The notes beneath the pieces were generated by a model, which worked only from the letters and a program-made list of their open reading frames with translations, had not been told where the DNA came from and did no database searches. Below are positions 17,538-25,923 of a stretch of 35,504 bases of DNA, in pieces; within the stretch, counting starts at the first letter, position 1; every line of letters starts with the position of its first letter. The DNA lies in the NCBI GenBank assembly GCA_024280675.1, contig JAJRPT010000031.1, positions 1 through 35,504 of the forward strand. Direction: 5' to 3'. A program made the translations under genes and the position numbers. The stretch comes from Bacteroidota bacterium (GTDB lineage Bacteria > Bacteroidota > Ignavibacteria > Kapaibacteriales > UBA2268).

Positions 17538-19937
17538 ATGAAAAATCAATTCAAAATATTAACTAATTCGGAGGGAGTCGTGAAAAGACTTTCAATTTAT
17601 TTGCTTTTGGCAGTTTTTCTTTCGCCAACAGTATTTTCGCAAACCTTTACAATGTCGGGAGCTTCGGCGACCTTTCACAATGAAGGTGTGATTAGATTTG
17701 TAGACAACGACGGTAAATTCCGTACCACATCCAGCAACGTATCAAATGTATCAAATTCTGGTACGATACAATTCGACGGCACGGACAATCAATTCACCGA
17801 CGAGTCCGACGCAGTTGGAACTACTGGTGCTTTGGGTTCAAGCTCTGCTCTTAGAGTACCTGGGACAGTTAGATATTCCGCAACGGTTGGTACGCAAAAT
17901 CTACAAAACAGGTATCTTACCAATTTGCAAACGTCGGCTGCATCTACCAAAGCATTCCCGAATAACATATTTGTAAGCTCTTCTTATTCAGTTGCTGGCG
18001 GAGACAGAGATTATGACGCAAATGCGGGTACTTTCACCTACGATGGCACGGGTGATCAAACAATAGTGGGCGAAAGTGGAGCTGGTGCAACCAATGGTTA
18101 CAACAATCTATTCTTTGCTGACACTGGGGATAAGACATTAGAAAATGGACAAACAGTAAGAGTTAATTCAACACTCAATATACTAGCCTCCACCTCAAGT
18201 GCTTCAATTATTGTAAAAGGTTCTATATTAGTAGATGATTATTTCAGCCAAGAACTTGACGCTGCAACTCTATATGTAGACGGAGTTGATGGAAATGCTT
18301 CTCTGTCATTTGGCTCAACTCAAGCAGATATTTACTCAGATATTGACTTGCGTAATGGAAACGGAACCGCTAATGTGTACCTTGGTACAGGTGGTGCTGT
18401 GATTCAAGATGGTACAAGTCCTTCTGTTTTAGTCAATTCTGGAACTTTCCACGTTGTTGATGGTAATTTAGAAATTGCATCATCTACTTCTAACTCTTTC
18501 CAACTTGCCAATAGTGCAGACGCACAAATTATTGTTGGTGCAAGTCGTTCATTCACTATAACTGGTGGTGGCTTTGCCAATGATGTAGCAGTTGGATCAA
18601 GATCTAATATGAATTTTGATGACGCATCTTTTGTAGTCTATGACACCGACGGGAATGTGATGCTGACTGACCGTTCCCACCCTTATGGCTCGCTCTACTT
18701 AAAAGGAACTGGTCACGGTACAGAAGCTGCTAGTGGTTCTTTCTATGTCTCTGAAGATTTCAACCTATCGGGCGAAGACTGGGATATTACTGGTGGTGCA
18801 ACTGCTGGTGCTGAATCCTCTCACACATTTATTATGACTGACAAAACTGCTAATGCTTCCTATGATGGCGGAGCTGAACTGACTGGTCTTATGATTCGTG
18901 AATTTGTTGGTGGAGCGGATCCAACAACTACTTACACACTCAATAACGAAGCTACTACTGTAGATTTTGAAGCAGGCAATGCTAATGTTGCAAGCCTTGG
19001 TCTTGACGTTCGTCCTGGTGGTGGTACTGCTGGATATGTTTCTGATTTCGACGCAAACAGAGATGTTGACCGTAGTGCCGGTTTCTACTTCGATGCTGCA
19101 TCTGGTACATTCGAGGCTAACGTGCTGGTGGGTTACAAATCTGCATCGGAAGCTGGTGCTCATAGTGCTATAGTTACTCAAACTTTGCGTTACCGTGAAG
19201 ATGATGGAACTTCTAACACAAAAGTATCTACTGGATACACTTACGCTCGAAATTCAACTTCATCTCCATTTGAAACTGTATATTATAGAGGAATTAGAAA
19301 AGATGGCGATGTTGGATCTAACAACTATACTCTGGCCGGCGTTGCAGCAGGGAATGTATTATTCCTTCGTGGTGGACCGACTTACTTCATATCTGTAACC
19401 AGTGGTCGTTGGGCAAATCCTTCAACTTGGGATGAGAACGAGCAACCTGGACCAGATGACATTGCTGTTGTAAAACACAACGTACACGTTGGATATGTGA
19501 AATCAACTGATAATTATGGTATCAATGATGACGGAACAGAAGAGTTTGACTGGATTACTAACCAATTCGGTGGCTCTTATGTAAACACTCAACTTGTGTC
19601 TAAAATCATAATCGACGAAGAGTACAATGACATTGGAAACCCAACAAATGTTGCTACTCTAATGGTTGGTCAAGATGTTTCAATGGGAATCCGCTCTGAT
19701 GCTTCGCTTGACGGATTAGTGCCTGAGCATGGTTCTATACAAATAAAAGATAATGCAAATATTGCTACGCTTGACTTGCCAAGCGATCTTACGACCGAAA
19801 ACACTGGTGCAGGCGAAGTTAATTCTGGCCTTATAATTTACGCCGGAGCAACTTTCCATGTTCAAAGAAACTTCGATCTTGAGGATAATGGTTTATTTGT
19901 TGGTCCTGACGCTACTGTACTCATTGATAAAAAATAG
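17538..19937 (+). CDS. Secreted Gly/Thr/Ser/Asn/Asp-rich protein (about 785-799 aa), beta-helix/adhesin-like, no recognisable T9SS CTD
   Basis: A likely true start is GTG 17580 (MKRLSIYLLLAVFLSPTVFSQ), preceded by GGAGG at 17570..17574 with a 5-nt spacer. The signal peptide ends ...FSQ|TF. Adhesin-like patterns include TFTYDGTGDQTIVGE...GYNNLFFADTGDKTLENGQTVRVNSTLNI and SGRWANPSTWDENEQPGPDDIAVV. Confidence 0.8.
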   Translation: MKNQFKILTNSEGVVKRLSIYLLLAVFLSPTVFSQTFTMSGASATFHNEGVIRFVDNDGKFRTTSSNVSNVSNSGTIQFDGTDNQFTDESDAVGTTGALGSSSALRVPGTVRYSATVGTQNLQNRYLTNLQTSAASTKAFPNNIFVSSSYSVAGGDRDYDANAGTFTYDGTGDQTIVGESGAGATNGYNNLFFADTGDKTLENGQTVRVNSTLNILASTSSASIIVKGSILVDDYFSQELDAATLYVDGVDGNASLSFGSTQADIYSDIDLRNGNGTANVYLGTGGAVIQDGTSPSVLVNSGTFHVVDGNLEIASSTSNSFQLANSADAQIIVGASRSFTITGGGFANDVAVGSRSNMNFDDASFVVYDTDGNVMLTDRSHPYGSLYLKGTGHGTEAASGSFYVSEDFNLSGEDWDITGGATAGAESSHTFIMTDKTANASYDGGAELTGLMIREFVGGADPTTTYTLNNEATTVDFEAGNANVASLGLDVRPGGGTAGYVSDFDANRDVDRSAGFYFDAASGTFEANVLVGYKSASEAGAHSAIVTQTLRYREDDGTSNTKVSTGYTYARNSTSSPFETVYYRGIRKDGDVGSNNYTLAGVAAGNVLFLRGGPTYFISVTSGRWANPSTWDENEQPGPDDIAVVKHNVHVGYVKSTDNYGINDDGTEEFDWITNQFGGSYVNTQLVSKIIIDEEYNDIGNPTNVATLMVGQDVSMGIRSDASLDGLVPEHGSIQIKDNANIATLDLPSDLTTENTGAGEVNSGLIIYAGATFHVQRNFDLEDNGLFVGPDATVLIDKK

Positions 19938-20009
19938 ATAATGGGTTAATTTAATCACTAACAAGACAATTATTTTAATTATACTAGAAAAGCGAAGATG
20001 AAAAGTATA

Positions 20010-20050
20010 GGGCAGCCTGATTAAACTCAATGAGCTGCCTTTGCTTTCTC
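20010..20050 (+). terminator. Weak hairpin plus T-rich tail between the first and second cluster genes (possible partial terminator or attenuator)
   Basis: GGCAGC (20011..20016) pairs with GCTGCC (20034..20039) across a 17-nt loop, followed by tttgctttctc. The stem is short and the loop large. Confidence 0.25.
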
Positions 20051-20056
20051 TAAAAG

Positions 20057-22471
20057 ATGAAAAAGATAATCTACATATTAAGCGTTCTCACATTCTTTGC
20101 CACCGCAGAGTCGCAGACATTTTCCAGCCATGGAGTGATTGTAAATGAAGGGACTTTTATTATTAAAGATTTGAACTTGGTAAGACTGGGCGGTACGGTA
20201 GAAAATTCTGGGACATTCACATTAAGCGACAGCCCAAATGGTATGTTCATTGAATCTAACTCTAATTTTATCAACACTGGCGAATTTAATTTATTTAACA
20301 CTTTGAACTGTAATGGCAATATTGACAATGAAAATGGATATTTGCAATTAAATTATAATGGTGGGACTGTTCTTGCCCAAGATGCCATTGGCGGATTTGT
20401 AGATTTTAATTACTCTGAGGATTTTCAAGTAATTCCTATGCTGAGCTTTGACAGTGTTGTGTTCAGAGGAAATGTGAAAAGATTTGATTATGACAACACA
20501 AGAAACCAAGATTCATTAGTTGCCCGCTCTTATTTCTCCTCCAGCAACAACACACAACTGACTTATCAATCTGATGATATAGAAATACACTCTCACCAAG
20601 TCACCAATCATGGCGGAACTGTTAAAAACTTCTCTGGTCCATGGTCTTGGTTTAGACAAAACTCCGACTCTCTTGGCGCGCAACTTGGTGGTTCTGGGTC
20701 TTTTACTCAATATGAAGTAGACAATCCAAATGGTGTAGAAATTGTAAGCAATGGAATATATATTGAGAATTTATTGCAACTCAGCCAGGGTGAGATGAAG
20801 AATACATCATCGCTCAACCTCACAATGGCAGACCAATCATCAATCCACCGCAAACCACAGTCATCACTATCGAGCCAGCCAAACTGGGAAGGCACGGTGG
20901 CTGTTCTTTACAATGGTTCTTCTAGCATCTCTACTAAAATTACAGCTGAGATTCCTACAGGCAAATCAATACTCACAGATCTTGAAGTGGAAAATACTGG
21001 AGGTATTGAGCTGACTCGTGACGTTTATGTAACCGACCGAATTTCGCTCAGAGATGGGAATATTTACACAGACGAAGACACAGACTCAGACGGCACAAGA
21101 GACAGCAGAAACACTTTATACATGATTAATTCTGACAATACAGCTTTAGAATTCGAGGACAAAAGCTCTGAGATTGTTGGTGCTTTTGCAAAAACTAATC
21201 TTGTGCTTGGTCAGGCAATGAAATTCAACAACGAATATACTAATTTAGCACTTGGTGAATTTGGCTCGGATATAGGAAATATTGACACATTGATTCTTCG
21301 TGTAGAGCCAAAATTCTCTTGGGATCAGGCAACTTATGGCGAGGTATCCAATGTGCAAAGAAAATTTGAAATTGCAGCAAGAAATTCAAACGGAACTGAT
21401 GCTCTATTTTTGAACTCGGCTACTTTCGGTTATGCGTGGAGGCATTTTGCTTCCGCCCCACCTTTTGAGAATGAAACTCCTGCCACTGGTGAATTTTCTT
21501 TCGACGAAGCAAGGCTTATTCACTGGGATGAGACTAATAACTCTTGGATTGACCAAGGCGAATCGGCTACAATTTTAACAGATGAGGGTGCAAACTGGGC
21601 TTACGGCATAGCCGATTTAAGAGGAGAACTGGGTCAATTTGCGGTCGGTGTCTCAGCCATTGATTATCTGCGTTTGATAGCTAGTGCCATACTCCAAGGG
21701 CCATACCGTGGGCTTGGAATTTATTCCGATGCAAACTACACCTCCCCTAGCCCTGTCCCACTAATGGGAACTGAGCTTAACCAGCAAGGGCTTTTGCCAT
21801 TGAATGCTCCGGACGAATACCCTTACAATCTTGATCCCGCAAGAGCATCGGCTACACTTAGTGTAATGCCACAAAACATTGTGGACTGGATTGTTGTTGA
21901 GTTTAGAAACAAAGCACTAGCAGAAGATATTGGTCCTCCACTTAAAAGTTTTTTCAAGACTTGCTTGCTCAGGTCCGACGGAATGTTAATTGATTTGGAC
22001 GGATCATCTGAGATTCTAATACTACAAGAAGATACCAAGACACCAGAGAATCCTGGAGGAATTGACGCAAGTGGAAACACTCCATATCATATTGTTTTAC
22101 GTCACAGAAACCACCTCTCAGTAGTCAGTGCTAATCCCGTATCTTTTTCTGGAGGCGATACCACAAGACTTACTCTTTCGCCTGGAGATTTGCTCGGCGA
22201 AGTGAAATTGCTTGGACTTGATAATCTGGGCAATAATATATTTGGACTATTGGCTGGGAACACAGACCACAATAGACTAACCATATTAAATGAGCAAATT
22301 ATTAATGAGTTTGGTTTCGAAGACGACAAGCAAGCCATCTGGAATAAAATTGGTTTGGCTGGCTACATGAGAGAAGATGCAAACCTTGACGGTTTGGTCT
22401 CGACAAAAGATTATAATATAAGCTGGAATAATAGACAGAAATTTACACTAGTCAAAGATTTGCTTCCATGA
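20057..22471 (+). CDS. Secreted 804-aa protein, N-terminally similar to the 17538 product; C-terminal 'LQGPY...DWIVVEFR...HRNHL' module and dockerin/EF-hand-like loop
   Basis: The signal peptide is MKKIIYILSVLTFFATAESQ|TF. The N-terminus QTFSSHGVIVNEGTFIIK...ENSGTFTL parallels QTFTMSGASATFHNEGVIRF...SNSGTIQF of the upstream gene. The C-terminus contains ...ILQGPYRG...PYNLDP...IVDWIVVEFRNK...LLRSDGMLIDLDG...YHIVLRHRNHLSVVS... and DANLDGLVSTKD. The stop overlaps the next start (ATGA). Confidence 0.8.
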   Translation: MKKIIYILSVLTFFATAESQTFSSHGVIVNEGTFIIKDLNLVRLGGTVENSGTFTLSDSPNGMFIESNSNFINTGEFNLFNTLNCNGNIDNENGYLQLNYNGGTVLAQDAIGGFVDFNYSEDFQVIPMLSFDSVVFRGNVKRFDYDNTRNQDSLVARSYFSSSNNTQLTYQSDDIEIHSHQVTNHGGTVKNFSGPWSWFRQNSDSLGAQLGGSGSFTQYEVDNPNGVEIVSNGIYIENLLQLSQGEMKNTSSLNLTMADQSSIHRKPQSSLSSQPNWEGTVAVLYNGSSSISTKITAEIPTGKSILTDLEVENTGGIELTRDVYVTDRISLRDGNIYTDEDTDSDGTRDSRNTLYMINSDNTALEFEDKSSEIVGAFAKTNLVLGQAMKFNNEYTNLALGEFGSDIGNIDTLILRVEPKFSWDQATYGEVSNVQRKFEIAARNSNGTDALFLNSATFGYAWRHFASAPPFENETPATGEFSFDEARLIHWDETNNSWIDQGESATILTDEGANWAYGIADLRGELGQFAVGVSAIDYLRLIASAILQGPYRGLGIYSDANYTSPSPVPLMGTELNQQGLLPLNAPDEYPYNLDPARASATLSVMPQNIVDWIVVEFRNKALAEDIGPPLKSFFKTCLLRSDGMLIDLDGSSEILILQEDTKTPENPGGIDASGNTPYHIVLRHRNHLSVVSANPVSFSGGDTTRLTLSPGDLLGEVKLLGLDNLGNNIFGLLAGNTDHNRLTILNEQIINEFGFEDDKQAIWNKIGLAGYMREDANLDGLVSTKDYNISWNNRQKFTLVKDLLP

Positions 22472-23919
22472 GGATTTGTCTCTACATATTAATTTTTGCC
22501 CTTGCTTCTCTTGCACATATTAATGCTCAGGAAAACCTTGCCACCTTTGTTATTAAAAATTCTCGTGCCATCGCTCCAGATTCTCTAGAATTTGAAATAT
22601 GGATGGAAAGAAATAGCGAAAAATGGGAAAGATTTGCTAATGCTTCTTTTAATCTAGAGTTTGTTTTCGATGACGAACAAACCGTGACCACTGGTCTTGC
22701 AAAAATTAATCCAGATGAGATGGGTATAGTATTTTTGCCTAGTACAGTGGCTGATTTCCAAGGCATAAGTGCTGGTGATCATGCCTCAACAGATGTAAGC
22801 TCACTTGCCGAAAATGAATACAAGGTCATTGACAGGATTTACATTGACGATATTCACGAAGGCAGAATAAGCATAACACTGGTCGGCTCAGATGAATTTC
22901 CTGATACAAAATATATATGGGCTAACGACGAGATGGACTCTAGTCTTTTTATTGCTAGATTTCTTATCTACTCTAAGAAAAGCTATAAGCAAGTGCCTAG
23001 AAGACTTGCATTTAAAAAACCTCTCAGCTATTATCAAAATGTGACATACAAGATAAATGACATCGTTGAGCAGTTCGGTCAAACAGATTATTATATTGCC
23101 GATGACAACATTTCTATGGTAGATCCAACGGGTCAGACCAGCATTGCATTTTTCCCGGATGTTGCTCCTCCTCCAGATTTTGTACTCAGATACATCCATC
23201 CACAATACCTTGGCAATGGGAAAATGAGAATTTCTTGGGCAACTACTGCTGAGATTTTCAATACAGGGTTTATGATTGAAAGAGTTCGCATGCCATATTT
23301 TTCAACTGCTGAAGATCTTGCAAGTATTAATTGGGTATCTCAGCTTGATAAAAATTTAGATTATGACAATGAACTTTCTGCTCCAAATCCAGACATATCT
23401 ATTGTAGGTTTTGGCGACACAGAACTACCACAAAATGCAAATCACTCCAACGAGATATTAAATGATAAATTACTAGCAGGTGCAGACCATCCCGATGGCT
23501 ATGATTACAACTTTATTGACGAGCATGACTTTGTGCGAGAGGATTATTATTGCTTCCAAGTCTCTTCTATCGACTGGAATGGTACCGTTGTGCCTCTTGG
23601 GCAAACTTGTGAGAAAATACCAAATGCAATCATCACACTAGCAGAAGCTAGACCAAATCCATTTGCCAGAGAAACCACGGTGCAGTTTTCAGTCGATGAT
23701 GATGTGAACCTTTGGGCTTATGTGGTGGACGAAAAAGGAAGTATAATAAAAAGATTATACGAAAATGACCATGTGCAAAAAGGCACATATCTACTCAATA
23801 TCTCAATGCCAGAATTCTCCTCGCAAGGACTCTACAGCCTTGTTTTCACGGCTGAACCTATCAATGATAAAAATTTCGAAATCTCACGTGCATTGGTTAA
23901 ACTGCACATGATTAAATAA
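22468..23919 (+). CDS. Secreted 483-aa protein with type-A T9SS C-terminal sorting domain
   Basis: The signal peptide is MRICLYILIFALASLAHINAQ. An 'MRISWATTAEIFNTGFMIERV...YYCFQVSSIDWNGT' module is followed by the CTD ARPNPFARETTVQFSVDDDVNLWAYVVDEKGSIIKRLYEN...GLYSLVF...KLHMIK. The start overlaps the upstream stop by 4 nt. Confidence 0.8.
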   Translation: MRICLYILIFALASLAHINAQENLATFVIKNSRAIAPDSLEFEIWMERNSEKWERFANASFNLEFVFDDEQTVTTGLAKINPDEMGIVFLPSTVADFQGISAGDHASTDVSSLAENEYKVIDRIYIDDIHEGRISITLVGSDEFPDTKYIWANDEMDSSLFIARFLIYSKKSYKQVPRRLAFKKPLSYYQNVTYKINDIVEQFGQTDYYIADDNISMVDPTGQTSIAFFPDVAPPPDFVLRYIHPQYLGNGKMRISWATTAEIFNTGFMIERVRMPYFSTAEDLASINWVSQLDKNLDYDNELSAPNPDISIVGFGDTELPQNANHSNEILNDKLLAGADHPDGYDYNFIDEHDFVREDYYCFQVSSIDWNGTVVPLGQTCEKIPNAIITLAEARPNPFARETTVQFSVDDDVNLWAYVVDEKGSIIKRLYENDHVQKGTYLLNISMPEFSSQGLYSLVFTAEPINDKNFEISRALVKLHMIK

Positions 23920-23991
23920 TTTTTACTAGTTAGCTACTTTTCTAAAATAATTATTTAATTTGGCTTGTAATTTGCTACATTTCTTAGGATA

Positions 23992-25386
23992 ATGAAAAAA
24001 CCAGCCTACATATTAATTATTCTGTCATTAATACTTTTTAGCAAGAGTACAGCCCAAGACGAGTATGGGACTATGCTCGAGACTGAAATTCTTGAAAATT
24101 ATGACACTCTTCTTACCACCAGAACTTATGGTAATTGGTGGTTTAGCTTTCTGGGTGGAGGCTTAGCATTTAATACATACAATGGCAATTTAAATAATCT
24201 TGAGAATCCCACAAAAGTATTTCACGAAGATGCAAATAAAGTCGTCAGCTTTGAAACTACCAACAACAGATTAGCTTTTGGCTGGCCTAATTTCATGCTA
24301 CTAAATGTCGATTATATTCCAGCGGCAACAGACTGGGGAGGGCAGCTTAGATTATTATGGGATTTTCATAGCTTCACCGCTCAAAGGGTTAAAGACAGGG
24401 AATTCGATGATGATATAAACTTCATTATCGAGGGAAATATTGAATATATTGGAATTAATCCCGCAGTCTCCTACCGCTTGCCTTATTTTGCGGGGCTAAA
24501 GGCATACACTGGTCCAAATATTTTCATACCCATTGATGCCACTGGATCTTTTATTGATAATCCAGATAATATTTCAAACAAAAGACCAGACTTCAAACTC
24601 GATGATGTACCAATTATGTATGGTCTACACCTAGGTATAGAAAAAGAATGGCTCAATATGGATTTTGCTAAAACTGTGAGGGTGAAGTCTACTTTCTTCT
24701 TGCAAGCAGATTATTTTTTTACTACGGCTATCAATGATTTTAACTCTGACTTGCAAACATTTAGAGTAAGACTAGGAGGAACCTTTAGGATCGGTCCCGA
24801 TATTTTGGAATACGATACACTAAAGTTTGATCCTTTTGCCAATAATAGAAATCTTGCAAAATTTGAAACAGACCAAAGCGTTATCTTCGCTGGATTTTTA
24901 GTAAGGGAAGAAATCGGTGCAAACTCTATCTCGTTTGTTGATTTGCCAAAAGTCTCACAACAAGTCAAAGAAGAGCCACAGTTTGCACAAGAAATGGAAA
25001 AAGAAAAAGAAAAAGAAAAAGAGATAAAACTCGACCTTAAAAGAGGAACTAAAAAAACATACTCCTTCTCAAGATCTACCGACACTAGATTATCCAAAAC
25101 TATGAGAAGCGAAATAGATGGGATAATAAAGTGGATGAAACTCAATCCAGAATCAGAGGTTAGAGTCGTGGGCCATTCCGACAACACCGGCACCACTGCC
25201 GAACAAACCCAAAGAGCCAAAAAAAGATCTGAAGCCGTTCTCAGATATATGCAACTCAAAGGGATTCGAAAAGAAAGGGTACTTGTCACACAACAAGGAG
25301 CCCGTACCCCAATCGCCGACCCAAAGACTGAGGCCGGCAGGAGAAAAAACCGTAGAGTAGAAATTGAAATTGTCAAGATAAGATAA
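23992..25386 (+). CDS. OmpA-family outer-membrane protein: N-terminal beta-barrel-like domain, EK-rich linker, C-terminal OmpA-C peptidoglycan-binding domain
   Basis: The signal peptide is MKKPAYILIILSLILFSKSTAQ. Alternating-hydrophobic strands end in FRVRLGGTFRIG. The linker is EMEKEKEKEKE. The OmpA-C motif reads VRVVGHSDNTGTTAEQTQRAKKRSEAVLRYM...RRKNRRVEIEIV. Confidence 0.85.
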   Translation: MKKPAYILIILSLILFSKSTAQDEYGTMLETEILENYDTLLTTRTYGNWWFSFLGGGLAFNTYNGNLNNLENPTKVFHEDANKVVSFETTNNRLAFGWPNFMLLNVDYIPAATDWGGQLRLLWDFHSFTAQRVKDREFDDDINFIIEGNIEYIGINPAVSYRLPYFAGLKAYTGPNIFIPIDATGSFIDNPDNISNKRPDFKLDDVPIMYGLHLGIEKEWLNMDFAKTVRVKSTFFLQADYFFTTAINDFNSDLQTFRVRLGGTFRIGPDILEYDTLKFDPFANNRNLAKFETDQSVIFAGFLVREEIGANSISFVDLPKVSQQVKEEPQFAQEMEKEKEKEKEIKLDLKRGTKKTYSFSRSTDTRLSKTMRSEIDGIIKWMKLNPESEVRVVGHSDNTGTTAEQTQRAKKRSEAVLRYMQLKGIRKERVLVTQQGARTPIADPKTEAGRRKNRRVEIEIVKIR

Positions 25387-25520
25387 AGAAATATCTGCTG
25401 GTCTTAATCTCTTTTTTATACCTCATATTAACAATATTATAAAATTATTATTTATTATTGAAATTTATTTATTAATTTTACTCCAATAAATATTGAAAAT
25501 AATTTAGAGGTTTTTTTATT

Positions 25521-25910
25521 ATGTCAGATCAAAAAGCACCAATCGCTGTGATTGAAGATAATACTCCGATTAGAAAACTATTTGCTACCATTCTTGCCAA
25601 ATCTGGATTCACCGTAATAGAATTTGCAGATGGCAATTCCGCACTTAAATCTTTTAAAGAAAATCCCGTCTCTACAATCATCATGGATATACTTCTTCCA
25701 GATATTAATGGCACCGAACTCATTAAAGATGTCAGGAAAATTGATGCGTGTTCAGATATACCAATAATTGCTGTAACCGGTTTTGCACAATCCTCCGACA
25801 GAGAAAAATTCATAGAACTAGGCTTCGATGCCTATATTTCTAAGCCTATTAATACTGGCGCTTTTGTCGAGGAAATAAAAACTATTCGCTCCAACAAATT
25901 TGCTAATTAA
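25521..25910 (+). CDS. Stand-alone response-regulator receiver domain (CheY-like)
   Basis: 129 aa. The sequence IAVIEDN...STIIMDILLPDINGTELI...IPIIAVTGF...DAYISKPI retains the acidic pocket, the phospho-acceptor Asp, and the conserved Thr and Lys. There is no output domain. Confidence 0.9.
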   Translation: MSDQKAPIAVIEDNTPIRKLFATILAKSGFTVIEFADGNSALKSFKENPVSTIIMDILLPDINGTELIKDVRKIDACSDIPIIAVTGFAQSSDREKFIELGFDAYISKPINTGAFVEEIKTIRSNKFAN

Positions 25911-25923
25911 TCTAACTGAGTAA

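Noticed and set aside
24711-25376. 221-aa minus-strand ORF inside the OmpA-family gene
   Set aside because: It is antisense to a gene with a clear signal peptide and OmpA-C motif. Its sequence is low-complexity (S/F/L-rich), as expected from reading Lys/Glu-rich codons backwards.
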